Source: Halobacteriovorax sp. (GTDB lineage: Bacteria; Bdellovibrionota; Bacteriovoracia; Bacteriovoracales; Bacteriovoracaceae). Taken from it: a DNA stretch of 64,000 nt. Positions 18,531 through 28,134 of this stretch are shown here, piece after piece. The stretch covers positions 17-64,016 of the forward strand of contig PBIO01000025.1 in assembly GCA_002720865.1 (NCBI GenBank), in the 5' to 3' direction. The position numbers and the translations under genes are program-made. Under the pieces are notes generated by a model, which saw only the letters and a list, made by a program, of their open reading frames with translations, was not told the DNA's origin and did not search any database. Each line of letters opens with the position of its first letter. The stretch's first letter is position 1.

Positions 18531-18707
18531 AAGATTCCTTTGTGTAATCTATAAAAATACTAACGTCGAATGCAGTATTGTACATGGGAATGTACATTTA
18601 TAGGTCATTACTTAGTTAATTTTCCTAACAACGGTCGCCAACCTATAATTAAAAATAGGTGCTGACATGAATCATGTTGTTGTGCCGACACAGACACGAG
18701 TTAAATT

Positions 18708-19565
18708 ATGTCAAAAATATTGAAATACTGCACGAAAAGAATAGTAAAGTTAATAAGCCTATTTTCAGTTTTGGGTTTAATATTTTGCGTACTAACAATA
18801 GGTTTATTTAAGGCTGAAAATACTTCACTAACAATTGCGACCCATGAAGATTATACAGCCGAAAATTTACCGGTCAGGTCGTTTACCCTGGTTACAGTCC
18901 AGCCTAGTCTTCGCCTAGAATCTTGTTACGGTACCAACCCGTCGACTGCTGACTATTGTAGAACGTTGCTAGCCGGTAATCGAACCATAGACTTAATAAA
19001 TATGAGAAGTATAGGTTCAGGTGCCGTCGTTGGCTGGGCTGGTGATAGAACATATATACTTACTGCAAAACATGTTTGTGAAGGTCCGATACCACCATAT
19101 GATATACAAATAGAAGGTGAGGGAGAAAATCAGTTCATATTGGGCGTCTCAAGTACTTCTTCATATACGCTGGTTGATTATGAAGGGAATGAAAGAGATG
19201 CAGAGATTTTTCGAATGCATCAACATGCAGATATTTGTGTACTAGTCACAGATGGTAATTGGGGCACACCCATTCGTGTTGCTACCGAGCCTCCACCAGA
19301 AGGGGCAATGGTTTATAACATGGCAGCGCCGCTAGGTATATTTACACCCGGAATGGTACCTCAATGGAGAGGATATTATTCCGGCCGGGACGATAGAGGT
19401 TATGAATTTTATTCTGTACCGGTTGCCGGAGGTTCATCAGGATCACCGGTGATATATGATAATGAAATTGTTAGTATCATTGTCATGGCACCTATAGGTT
19501 TTTCGAATATAGCTATAGGGGTAAACCTTCAAGATATCCATGATGTCCTGGGGTCAATCCAGTAA
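18708..19565 (+). CDS. membrane-anchored trypsin-fold serine protease
   Basis: N-terminal TM helix; TAKHV (His) and GGSSGSPV (Ser) motifs. Confidence 0.8.
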   Translation: MSKILKYCTKRIVKLISLFSVLGLIFCVLTIGLFKAENTSLTIATHEDYTAENLPVRSFTLVTVQPSLRLESCYGTNPSTADYCRTLLAGNRTIDLINMRSIGSGAVVGWAGDRTYILTAKHVCEGPIPPYDIQIEGEGENQFILGVSSTSSYTLVDYEGNERDAEIFRMHQHADICVLVTDGNWGTPIRVATEPPPEGAMVYNMAAPLGIFTPGMVPQWRGYYSGRDDRGYEFYSVPVAGGSSGSPVIYDNEIVSIIVMAPIGFSNIAIGVNLQDIHDVLGSIQ

Positions 19566-19567
19566 GG

Positions 19568-19858
19568 TCATGGCCTATTTCTAGCGATCGCCCTTAAGAC
19601 AGAGTTCTTAATTTGCTTAGTTGGCTCATCGATAATTTGATCAAACGTTCCTAACCTAAATTGTCCAGAAATTTCGCATGCAAAAGAAAAGCATGGTGAT
19701 ATATTATCATCTGGATGGAACATGGTAATCTTTCCGTAGCTAAGCTTTTTGTCTGGAGAGCGGTAACAATATACCAATTGGCCTACCTTATAGCCTTTAT
19801 ATTCTAAGGGCCCAAGTTGCTCTGGTGGCTTTATTTTGTTTTTTGATTTTCTTGGCAT
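19568..19858 (-). CDS. hypothetical protein
   Basis: 96-aa ORF convergent with the protease gene. Confidence 0.5.
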   Translation of the reverse strand: MPRKSKNKIKPPEQLGPLEYKGYKVGQLVYCYRSPDKKLSYGKITMFHPDDNISPCFSFACEISGQFRLGTFDQIIDEPTKQIKNSVLRAIARNRP

Positions 19859-19882
19859 AGTACAATTATACCAACCTGTAAT

Positions 19883-20191
19883 CTATTGTTCTTGATTTAA
19901 AAGTTTTCTTCTTGCAACATCTGCATGATTTCTTGCAAATGATCTTGCTTCTTCTTCATTACTAAAGACTCGAAGAGGAGTACTTAGTTCCTTATTACCA
20001 TCAACAGTTATTTTAACATGATACTCGTTGCCATTATCTGCAGGGTATATATCAATCTCCATTCCTGGATAATCTTCCCATGAATATGGATCATTATCAA
20101 GTGTGTGATAATTTCTTCCTATTTCCTCTTTAATGAGTTTTCTTAGCAGCTGTATAATATTATCCACTTTTATTAACCTTATGGTCACCAA
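19883..20191 (-). CDS. hypothetical protein with diverged KITKRQL-type leader
   Basis: If GTG 20167 is the start, the N-terminus is (M)DNIIQLLRKLIKEE, with IKEE at the same 15-residue spacing as the 53-64 kb family. Confidence 0.5.
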   Translation of the reverse strand: MVTIRLIKVDNIIQLLRKLIKEEIGRNYHTLDNDPYSWEDYPGMEIDIYPADNGNEYHVKITVDGNKELSTPLRVFSNEEEARSFARNHADVARRKLLNQEQ

Positions 20192-20417
20192 GCTTAAGTA
20201 GGGCTCTATTAAATGTAACCTGTAATGATAACTTTGCCTGACGTAACCTTATAATATTTTGTTTGTCATTATTTTCTTTCATAATCATGTTCATAATATT
20301 AATATGTTTTAAAGCATTTTGATAGGCCAAATCCAAACGATGAACTGAATCATTTACTTTTTGCGCCTTGTTTCGACGAGTAAAAAGGTTGAAAAACATA
20401 ACAGGCCCCCATAACAT
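20160..20417 (-). CDS. hypothetical protein
   Basis: 85-aa ORF. Confidence 0.45.
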   Translation of the reverse strand: MLWGPVMFFNLFTRRNKAQKVNDSVHRLDLAYQNALKHINIMNMIMKENNDKQNIIRLRQAKLSLQVTFNRALLKLGDHKVNKSG

Positions 20418-20463
20418 TAATTATTATGAGGGCCCGAAACTAAATTAACTGTTTATAATTCGA

Positions 20464-20835
20464 TTAGTTTCTTAAATCTTTAGTGTTAGAATTTATTATA
20501 ACAACTTGATAGCTTCCATCCTCTAGTTCAACCAACAACTTTTGTACGAATGTTGATTCAATAATAGGATTATCTACTGTGGTACCGTCCTTCATATAAT
20601 CCGGAAAGACAGGAACAGTTCGATATCTACGCATATCATCTTGTGGATCTGCACTTTCATCTCTTTCTATATGCAATAAAGAAGAAATATTAGACTGTAT
20701 GTCAGTATTATGTTGCCTCATTATTGATTGACCATTAGCTCGAAGATGATGTGAGTTACACGCTGTGCCCATGCATAATATGCATAACATACAACATGCT
20801 GGAACGAAACTAAACTTGAACAAAGAATTAAACAT
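20464..20835 (-). CDS. secreted/lipoprotein-like protein
   Basis: hydrophobic N-terminus ending CMGTAC. Confidence 0.55.
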   Translation of the reverse strand: MFNSLFKFSFVPACCMLCILCMGTACNSHHLRANGQSIMRQHNTDIQSNISSLLHIERDESADPQDDMRRYRTVPVFPDYMKDGTTVDNPIIESTFVQKLLVELEDGSYQVVIINSNTKDLRN

Positions 20836-20956
20836 AGGGTTTTTAAATTACCTTATAGTCAGTGGCTATAGAACTTCGTCCGGGACACCCGGCCTTGGCA
20901 AGATAATAGCCAACATATTTGTTAAATATGCATGTGCTTGGGTTAGATCCTATTTT

Positions 20957-21742
20957 TTATGAACCATTGTAACATTTAAGTAAGCACTCTGCATCCCATG
21001 TGCTTGGCGGAGTCTCTTTGCCAAAATCGATCAACCTGGCCTTTTCCGGCCAAGTTGAAGAAACTTTCCATAACCCCCATGAGAATGCGCTGCCACCCAT
21101 CCCATTAACTACATAATCGTGGGCTTGATCCAAGGTCTGGAACTTGCCGACATGGGGACGCTTACCCCAGTTACCTCTAATCTGTAGCCCTTCTGGCATA
21201 CCTTGCTTATTGTAGCAAATTGTAACCACAACCGCATGGCCATGGAATGTGCCATCAGACTCATATGATCCAACAGCAAAAAATAATGGGGCAAATTTAG
21301 GATCAATAACAACTGCGCCATACTGAGTAAAGTCGTCACAGTCTGTTAATGCCTTAGGCCAAACATTAAATTGCGCTTCTCTAAGAATTGCCAACAACTC
21401 AGAGTTATTAAGATCTCTCTTTACCTGGTCAATGGCAAGGCTTTCTAGTTTTCTTTTTTCAACATCTAAGTTTGCCAGATGCCAATGAAACCTTCGGCCG
21501 CTACGAACCATATCGAGGGGCAGCCATTTTCTCCCTAATATAATATCAGGCTTCCATAATGCTGACTTGACAGTCCTATCATATTCTTCTGGTGACATAT
21601 GATGAAGAATTACTTTCTTAAATTTTCTATCTGCAACTATTCGTACGATCATTCCCCACAAGGAATATAGTCTTAGCTTAAGTGATAACCAGAACCCTGC
21701 ATATAATAATCTTGCCTTAAGGCTTACCCATCTTTCTTTCAT
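20957..21742 (-). CDS. membrane-anchored protein with possible papain-fold Cys/His pair
   Basis: N-terminal TM; TDCDDF ... FHGHAVVV about 37 aa apart, NlpC/P60- or transglutaminase-like by eye only. Confidence 0.55.
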   Translation of the reverse strand: MKERWVSLKARLLYAGFWLSLKLRLYSLWGMIVRIVADRKFKKVILHHMSPEEYDRTVKSALWKPDIILGRKWLPLDMVRSGRRFHWHLANLDVEKRKLESLAIDQVKRDLNNSELLAILREAQFNVWPKALTDCDDFTQYGAVVIDPKFAPLFFAVGSYESDGTFHGHAVVVTICYNKQGMPEGLQIRGNWGKRPHVGKFQTLDQAHDYVVNGMGGSAFSWGLWKVSSTWPEKARLIDFGKETPPSTWDAECLLKCYNGS

Positions 21743-21837
21743 GTTAAATCCTACTCTTTCTTCTTGTTAAATATAATACTCTGGTGTTTGCCGGGATTAA
21801 ATTATCTCGACATTGTTAGTACCTTGCCTATTAGCAC

Positions 21838-22284
21838 TTATTCACCAGGTCGGTGTGGTGTGGAACCTGATACCCCTGAAAATGCTGCTGAACCTATGAA
21901 ATCAATAAGCGCTTCTTCATCAATGCATACATCACACATGCAAATATTTGAAGTGCACTCTTCATTTCGGAAGCATTCACCACCTACTATTCTAGGATAA
22001 CATTCACCAACCTCATATACACAATAATGATCATCATCACAGTCTTGTGAATTTACACATTCGGTTAGGCATGAACCAGACATTGATTCATACCCATTAC
22101 AACCATTGTAATATGAGGGTTCCCAACCAGGCTCAGCCTCTGCAGCAAACGAATCTACGAAATCGCATGCTCCAGGGCCGACCTGAATATCTACGTCGAC
22201 GGGTGCTTCAACTTCAAACAATGTACAAGCTCCCAATGCTAATAACCCAAAAACTACTAAAAATATTATGGATCTTGCTTTCAT
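21838..22284 (-). CDS. Cys-rich lipoprotein
   Basis: signal peptide with lipobox LLALGAC; many Cys in the mature part. Confidence 0.65.
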   Translation of the reverse strand: MKARSIIFLVVFGLLALGACTLFEVEAPVDVDIQVGPGACDFVDSFAAEAEPGWEPSYYNGCNGYESMSGSCLTECVNSQDCDDDHYCVYEVGECYPRIVGGECFRNEECTSNICMCDVCIDEEALIDFIGSAAFSGVSGSTPHRPGE

Positions 22285-22364
22285 AATGATAAGCTAACGT
22301 AAACAAAAAAATAAAGAACGGAACGGAACTATGAATTTAAAGCCTCATAAAAGCCGGCTAGAAA

Positions 22365-22401
22365 GAAAAAAGGCCCCTAGCTAAAATATAACTAGGGGCC
22401 T
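22365..22401 (-). terminator. intrinsic terminator after hsp20
   Basis: AGGCCCCTAG...CTAGGGGCCT stem followed by a T-run on the minus strand. Confidence 0.75.
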
Positions 22402-22434
22402 CTAATACTTTTTTACTTTTAAAGTACTTTTTTG

Positions 22435-22875
22435 TTACTCTACATCGATGACAACAGTCGAGCTCTTCTTATCTTCAACTGGAATAGTAACCGAAAGAAT
22501 TCCGGCATCATATCGTGCGCTAACAGATCCTACACTAACATTGTCAGGCAAGGACCAGGTTCGAGTAAACTCAGAATAAGAATACTCCTGCCGTACAACA
22601 TCACCGGTAGTTGCGCTATCATTTGCCTGGCTGAGACTAACTGTCAATGCGCCATTATCGCATGTAATCTTGAAATCATCCCGACTGTATCCAGGTACTG
22701 CAAGGTTAATCGTATAGCCGCTGTCTGTATTCATGACATTAGCTGCAGGTACGGTCGACAATGCCGTGGTCGTTGATCGCCGAAGCGGCTCATTAAAAAA
22801 TGCATCAATCATAGAATCGAAATCCCCAAGAATAGGACTACGACCAAATCGTGAAATTGGAAAAATGTTACTCAT
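22435..22875 (-). CDS. Hsp20/alpha-crystallin small heat-shock protein
   Basis: 146 aa; alpha-crystallin domain pattern (PAANVMNTDSGYTINLAVPGYSRDDFKI ... GILSVTIP). Confidence 0.88.
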   Translation of the reverse strand: MSNIFPISRFGRSPILGDFDSMIDAFFNEPLRRSTTTALSTVPAANVMNTDSGYTINLAVPGYSRDDFKITCDNGALTVSLSQANDSATTGDVVRQEYSYSEFTRTWSLPDNVSVGSVSARYDAGILSVTIPVEDKKSSTVVIDVE

Positions 22876-22982
22876 TATTATATTCTCCTTCGTGGTTAAA
22901 AATTAAGTAAACTGATTACCAGTTTTCTTCCAAAGGAAATATAAACATTTTGTTAGAGAAGTACAACTACTCGATGCACTTT

Positions 22983-23438
22983 TTAATTAACAGCTACTAA
23001 AACATCTAGGCCCATTTTAACAAGCGTCCCCAACAACGCAGCCAGAACAAGCCAGGTTAATTTTTTTTGACTAGCTAGCTTGTCTTCCATTAATACTAGC
23101 CGTGGTTCACGCGCAGAAAATAATCTTTCAATTTCTAAGCGATCAGGTTTTTGGCCAGTATCATGTTCTAAATTAGTAACACGCTTATCTAGATCCTGTG
23201 CCATCATACTAGCTTCTTTCTGGCCTTCTTTCATTTCGACCAGCATGTCATGTAAAGTCTCTAATTTTTGATTGCTTAATAGTACATGTGATAGTACATC
23301 ATTAATAGCGGATGTAGAATCTTCTCTTAATTTTTGAATCGATGATGTTGATGAATCCTTAAGATTAGCTAGCTCTTTTTGTAAATCTTTGATATCATTT
23401 TCCATAGCAGCCCACCTTATATCATTATTGTCAGACAT
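22983..23438 (-). CDS. coiled-coil protein with C-terminal TM anchor
   Basis: heptad-rich body; C-terminal LTWLVLAALLGTLVKMGL. Confidence 0.6.
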   Translation of the reverse strand: MSDNNDIRWAAMENDIKDLQKELANLKDSSTSSIQKLREDSTSAINDVLSHVLLSNQKLETLHDMLVEMKEGQKEASMMAQDLDKRVTNLEHDTGQKPDRLEIERLFSAREPRLVLMEDKLASQKKLTWLVLAALLGTLVKMGLDVLVAVN

Positions 23439-23535
23439 TGAACAGCTCCTTATACAATACGTATATGTAAATTATTTAAAACTGTAACTTACTGAACTGA
23501 CGAGTAATCCAACATTAAGGGGATCACCCTTATAA

Positions 23536-23961
23536 TTATTGAGCTCTTTTAATTTTATTTCTCATTTTCCCTATAAGTTTAAGATCTTTTTCTACCCCTT
23601 CTTTCCTTGCAATCTCCATTATAAAAGGTCGCATACATAGAAAAGGTTCTTTCATGGTTTTCATCCATTGATCGATAAGGGAGGGATCATGTAATTCTGG
23701 TATCTGATACCAAAATTTAGACTCAAGCATATGATCTACTATTTTGTCTAATCCAATTTTTTCTTCAAGGCTTTCAAATAAATTTAAAAGCTTCATCTGT
23801 TTAGACGTCTTTTTTCGACGCTCTTCCGATGACCAGTTATTAGGGTTCCGGAAGATATTAATTAGAGATTTAATCTTAGCCCTATTTCTGTAGGCCTTAA
23901 GATGATCAGGCAGATCCTCATGAGTTAATGCTGATCTACTTTCTTTATTTTCATTAGCCAT
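23536..23961 (-). CDS. hypothetical protein
   Basis: 141-aa ORF. Confidence 0.55.
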   Translation of the reverse strand: MANENKESRSALTHEDLPDHLKAYRNRAKIKSLINIFRNPNNWSSEERRKKTSKQMKLLNLFESLEEKIGLDKIVDHMLESKFWYQIPELHDPSLIDQWMKTMKEPFLCMRPFIMEIARKEGVEKDLKLIGKMRNKIKRAQ

Positions 23962-23963
23962 CT

Positions 23964-24200
23964 TTAGTCTTCGTTGTGTGTTTGCTGTCTAGTCTTAAAG
24001 CTTTTTGATTTAAATCCCATAGGTTTAATTTCGTTCCAGTGCACGGATCTTCCCTCACCCTCAATTAGCACATCGATCTTACCGTTACCAGGTAGGCCTA
24101 CAACAACACCAATTGCTTTAAGATCCCGGCCGGGGGGGACTAGTTGGTTCCATTCGATTAGTTCACCCAAGTGGTAACCATATGAATCAAGGCCAGACAT
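23964..24200 (-). CDS. small SH3/KOW-like protein
   Basis: LGELIEW...KAIGVVVG...IDVLIEG beta-barrel-like pattern. Confidence 0.5.
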   Translation of the reverse strand: MSGLDSYGYHLGELIEWNQLVPPGRDLKAIGVVVGLPGNGKIDVLIEGEGRSVHWNEIKPMGFKSKSFKTRQQTHNED

Positions 24201-24773
24201 TTAGCTTAAATCCGGGAAGTCAGGTCCAGGCTGGTCGCTATATGTGCCCCCATGGAGTTGATCTTCGACCCCGACGATAATATCATTCAGGACTTTTTTA
24301 AAATCCTCTGTAGCTGATGTAAGTTTAGAATGAAGATCTCTGGTTGCCTCGTCGACAGCTTTGATCCAATGATCTTCGGTCCGCTTTGTTTTTTCTTCTG
24401 AGCCCTTCCCTGTAAATGGACCATATTCTCCTGTCTTAGGATCTGCAAAGGCATCCGGCGAGTTTTCTAAAAATTTCATCATAGCAGTATCAAACTCTTC
24501 TACTATATTGTCTACGTGGATTGGGTCAAACTCAACTATTTTTTCAACATGCTGGTAGTCAACCCCGATACCGGCTCCACCCGGCCTGGCAGGCCCGTCT
24601 TCATTTAAATTGTTTAGTTCTTCTTTAATCAGATTACGAAGAGTATTTCGATCTAGCTTCTTTGACTTGTCGGTTACAATCTGATTACGGCGTCCTCGCC
24701 GGAGTAGTTCTTCTGGGCCCACAACTGATTCTTTAATTAGTTGCTGCAGTTCTGAACATGATAATTTTTTCAT
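24201..24773 (-). CDS. protein with two diverged KITKRQL-type leader copies
   Basis: MKKLSCSELQQLIKES at the N-terminus and RNTLRNLIKEELNNLNE internally. Confidence 0.6.
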   Translation of the reverse strand: MKKLSCSELQQLIKESVVGPEELLRRGRRNQIVTDKSKKLDRNTLRNLIKEELNNLNEDGPARPGGAGIGVDYQHVEKIVEFDPIHVDNIVEEFDTAMMKFLENSPDAFADPKTGEYGPFTGKGSEEKTKRTEDHWIKAVDEATRDLHSKLTSATEDFKKVLNDIIVGVEDQLHGGTYSDQPGPDFPDLS

Positions 24774-24908
24774 TGCATCGTCCTTCTTTTCTTCCTATAG
24801 TATTTATGCACCTTAAAATGAATAACCATATTAATCTAACGGCCGCGCTTTTTGATCTTTGTTTTGGCGGCTCGAGCAAATATAGAAAAATATTCGTGTT
24901 AGAATCAT

Positions 24909-25187
24909 TTACATCATGCCGTCTAGCATCGGCGATATCGCAAGATCATCAGATGGCATAGCAGACAATGTATCCGCAGGCTGATCAGCATCATCTCTTT
25001 CGACCGGTGACAATAATTCTTGAAGTAGCTTAGCTACCCAATCTAATAGTTCTTCAGGAGAAGCGCCGGCTTGTTTAAGTTCACTTGCAGCAGCAATCGG
25101 GCATGGAAGACCGGTTGGACATTCTTCATTCAGAGTATTCATCTCTTCCATAATAAGTTCCCGTAGCATTTCTTTATTGAGTTTCAT
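24909..25187 (-). CDS. protein with diverged KITKRQL-type leader
   Basis: start moved to ATG 25187 (AAGGAA RBS), giving MKLNKEMLRELIMEEMNTLNE. Confidence 0.55.
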   Translation of the reverse strand: MKLNKEMLRELIMEEMNTLNEECPTGLPCPIAAASELKQAGASPEELLDWVAKLLQELLSPVERDDADQPADTLSAMPSDDLAISPMLDGMM

Positions 25188-25200
25188 ATTAATTCCTTTT

Positions 25201-25377
25201 TTATTTCTTCTTATCAAGATTCTCAGGATTAACGACGTCAGATACAACACCTTCAACCTTAGGCTTAATTAAAGCAACCAGCTTCCGGACTCCGTAACGG
25301 GCCCATACAAATGCTAAATATGCAACAGGAACGCTAGCAGCGCCCAGTCCATAAGACCACCAATTCCAACTTGCCAT
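25201..25377 (-). CDS. small membrane protein (58 aa, below ORF-track cutoff)
   Basis: GGAGG RBS; MASWNWWSYGLGAASVPVAYLAFVW... Confidence 0.5.
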   Translation of the reverse strand: MASWNWWSYGLGAASVPVAYLAFVWARYGVRKLVALIKPKVEGVVSDVVNPENLDKKK

Positions 25378-25673
25378 AACAATTCCTCCAATATTATGTT
25401 AATGCGATATTGATCGCTCAAGTACCATCTTAATTATTGCTAAGACAATGAAATATACTGCAATAGCTACTAAACGTAAAGCTATCTACGGAATTATCGT
25501 CTTATAAGTCATTAAAACTTAAGATAAAAAGCATATACATGCCCAGGGGCTCTAGGATGCTCTAAGAGGGCCTAAGGCATAATACCATGGTTTCCCCTAA
25601 GGGTGTTAATAGAACCTTGCTGGCGGCATGCCCCAGAGGGCAGTTTTTCTGAAAATTAGGAAAAACTTAAAAT

Positions 25674-25922
25674 TTAATCAACATCATTGATGCGAGTCAA
25701 ATATCTCTGCTCAACAATACATTTATTGCCATTCAAGAGTATTTCGGCCGAGGAGGGCTCATATACATTCGATGCATATACGCTTAAGACGACACCGGTG
25801 GGTGCCATCTTTGGATCCATTATAATATGCCGCGTATGATATTTCATATGAACCGCAACGAGGTCTCCAGGCATTATACTATATCGGTGTCTTGTTGGGC
25901 GGCTCGAGCTATTTTTAATCAT
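25674..25922 (-). CDS. KOW-like MKxGDLV-family protein
   Basis: internal MPGDLVAV; the true start may be ATG 25874. Confidence 0.45.
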   Translation of the reverse strand: MIKNSSSRPTRHRYSIMPGDLVAVHMKYHTRHIIMDPKMAPTGVVLSVYASNVYEPSSAEILLNGNKCIVEQRYLTRINDVD

Positions 25923-26367
25923 TAGCTAATTCGAGGTCATTAAGTAAGACCCATCGTTGTTGATTGGTTGTACTATCAATTATTAAAGCCATTTGATCCG
26001 GAGCTTCAGATTTACTTTCAACCTCAATGATCAATCCAATAATTTCCGGAAGTTTACCAACCGGTTGTTCAGCGCTATCGTATACCCGCCGAGAAGGAAT
26101 CCGTACCAGGTCACCCTTTTTAAAGATAGTCAAAATAGGCTTTGGGCGGGCTTCAACGATATCGCGTGCGATATCATAGTCAGCCCACTCCGAAAGCGCC
26201 TCCGTACGCTCATACGTATACCAAGCTCTCACAGTCTTGTCGTCTTCCCACCCAAAGTCATAAAAGGCATCTTCATAATTACGATACTCTTCTGGCCAGT
26301 CACAACGATCCGGATAGTTCAATAATAATTCTTGGTATTGTTTTTTTAAGTCATCGGGGTTCATCAT
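25915..26367 (-). CDS. hypothetical protein with C-terminal KOW-like segment
   Basis: FKKGDLVRIPS...IIGLIIEV. Confidence 0.55.
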   Translation of the reverse strand: MMNPDDLKKQYQELLLNYPDRCDWPEEYRNYEDAFYDFGWEDDKTVRAWYTYERTEALSEWADYDIARDIVEARPKPILTIFKKGDLVRIPSRRVYDSAEQPVGKLPEIIGLIIEVESKSEAPDQMALIIDSTTNQQRWVLLNDLELAND

Positions 26368-26425
26368 ATATCCGGGGAGGAGGTGTTAATATAAAATACC
26401 GGTAGCCTACGTAGTTGTACACATG

Positions 26426-26911
26426 TTATCTACCAAAAATTTTTGCGGCAATCGGGTGGCTATAAGAAGTCCCGGACCAGTATTGATCGAAGCCGTTAAT
26501 GGTTACCACATTATTTTCCCGAGTGAACGCACGATTTTTTGATAGATCATGCAGTGTCTTCGCAGGGAAAGTATGATCCGTAGATAGATATGAGTTCGGC
26601 AGGCAATCCCTTACTTTTCCCCAACGTACTCTCCATACCCATTGAGGATTCCCATGTACCCAACGCGTTGCTATTTGAGATATGTGCCCGTGGGGCACTC
26701 CAGGCTTTTCGAAAAGATCGATTAATACGCACCATTCATGGGATGGCTCAAAAATAATGAGATCACCCACGTAGAACTCACCGTAGTATGTCATGCCATC
26801 TGTTTGTATATTACTTACACCACTAGCCGATAATCGACTCATCCTCACATCCAATAGTAGCCTTTCGACTACGAGCACATAATAAGCATATGCGTTTATT
26901 TGTTTGTTCAT
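26426..26911 (-). CDS. hypothetical protein
   Basis: 161-aa ORF; internal YVGDLIIF; N-terminus MNKQINAY echoes the upstream ORF. Confidence 0.5.
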   Translation of the reverse strand: MNKQINAYAYYVLVVERLLLDVRMSRLSASGVSNIQTDGMTYYGEFYVGDLIIFEPSHEWCVLIDLFEKPGVPHGHISQIATRWVHGNPQWVWRVRWGKVRDCLPNSYLSTDHTFPAKTLHDLSKNRAFTRENNVVTINGFDQYWSGTSYSHPIAAKIFGR

Positions 26912-27032
26912 ACGTGTAACTTGTGCCGCCTACTATGGCTTTGTCCAAGTGTTTCTTGTATATCTTAAAATGTTTTTCGCATAGCCTATGTGTATAGCTA
27001 CCATATCGATCATATACGTTTATCTGTTTCAT
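26823..27032 (-). CDS. hypothetical small protein
   Basis: MKQINVYDRY...; overlaps the next ORF by 89 nt, so the extent is uncertain. Confidence 0.35.
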   Translation of the reverse strand: MKQINVYDRYGSYTHRLCEKHFKIYKKHLDKAIVGGTSYTYEQTNKRICLLCARSRKATIGCEDESIIG

Positions 27033-27290
27033 CTATATTACCTTAAGGTCTGTTGCATCATGACGACACAGTGGACCATTGCTATCAGCTGAAGGCCTAT
27101 TACCTTCCGGCCATAATACTGTTACAGTGGTTATCTTAGAAATTTTTTCACCATGATGGCTAGCCACGTGATCATAATGCGGTCGTCGGGATTCAACATC
27201 AATGACTAACCCGGGTTCTGTACACATACCAGGTAGCTTCCCGGGGTTTTTTACAATAACTAAATCACCGGTCTTTACATGTAACATCAT
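27033..27290 (-). CDS. KOW-like MKxGDLV-family protein
   Basis: start moved to ATG 27290: MMLHVKTGDLVIV. Confidence 0.55.
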   Translation of the reverse strand: MMLHVKTGDLVIVKNPGKLPGMCTEPGLVIDVESRRPHYDHVASHHGEKISKITTVTVLWPEGNRPSADSNGPLCRHDATDLKVI

Positions 27291-27424
27291 ATCTCCGATA
27301 TCTGGCTTCGGGCAACAAGACGGGGACGCCCGTCGAAATAAACTATACAACCTGTAGAGGCACTGATTGCCAGGATGATTCCGATATCGGTACTATTGAC
27401 TCGTACGAGGTCACCGGGATTCAT
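27287..27424 (-). CDS. KOW-like MKxGDLV-family protein (45 aa, not in ORF track)
   Basis: MNPGDLVRVNSTDIGIILA...; 14-nt overlap upstream and ATGA overlap downstream. Confidence 0.5.
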   Translation of the reverse strand: MNPGDLVRVNSTDIGIILAISASTGCIVYFDGRPRLVARSQISEI

Positions 27425-27620
27425 TGATTACCTCGAGTTGCTCTTTATATTCTACTTCACTTGGGAACCGGTCATTCCACATGACAACCGGGTCTGCACT
27501 ATCCCCTCGGAGATCCCAACCAATTACGATACCAATCCAAGTTTCATTAATCTCTGGGTAGGCGCCCCCGATACATGAGGGCTTGACTAAGTCCCCTACT
27601 TTTATCTCCATAGCTTCCAT
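27411..27620 (-). CDS. KOW-like MKxGDLV-family protein
   Basis: MEAMEIKVGDLVKP...; ends INESR inside the next gene's start. Confidence 0.55.
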   Translation of the reverse strand: MEAMEIKVGDLVKPSCIGGAYPEINETWIGIVIGWDLRGDSADPVVMWNDRFPSEVEYKEQLEVINESR

Positions 27621-27928
27621 CCACTGTGACTAAACCCAGGAGAGGCGACTTCGGCTGGACCGAGAGGTGGCTTCGGCTTTTTATGGCTAGCATATACTTC
27701 CGTACCATCGACTAGCCTGACCTTATATTGGCTGCCTCTGATATGTTCGATTACCATTGCGCCGTAGAATTCCCCGGTCTGAGTAATCAAGTTTCCTTCG
27801 AGTGATTGCCTTTGTCTGGCAAATTCGGCGCGTTCTTCGGCTGTTAGTCTTTTCTTGCGCTCTTTAACAGCCTTCTTAATTTTCTTTTTATTCACGTACA
27901 CATTCCCTCTACTTTTCGGTATACTCAT
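27602..27928 (-). CDS. hypothetical basic protein
   Basis: Lys/Arg-rich N-terminus; 108 aa. Confidence 0.5.
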   Translation of the reverse strand: MSIPKSRGNVYVNKKKIKKAVKERKKRLTAEERAEFARQRQSLEGNLITQTGEFYGAMVIEHIRGSQYKVRLVDGTEVYASHKKPKPPLGPAEVASPGFSHSGWKLWR

Positions 27929-28134
27929 TCTACTATATCCACACTGTCACGTCTCACCCCGGGGACTACAGCGTTATCATATCCCCGGAGCACTGTAAGG
28001 TGGATGCCTACGGTATCGATAACAAGCCCATATGCCGGCGGTTGGTTCGTCTTACCCCAATGTTTAAATGGAAGCCTGACGAAATGGCCGATGACTGGCT
28101 TAACGCGTTTCTTATCTCGAGGTGGGGGCATCAT
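27925..28134 (-). CDS. hypothetical small protein
   Basis: 69 aa, ATGA overlap downstream. Confidence 0.45.
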   Translation of the reverse strand: MMPPPRDKKRVKPVIGHFVRLPFKHWGKTNQPPAYGLVIDTVGIHLTVLRGYDNAVVPGVRRDSVDIVE

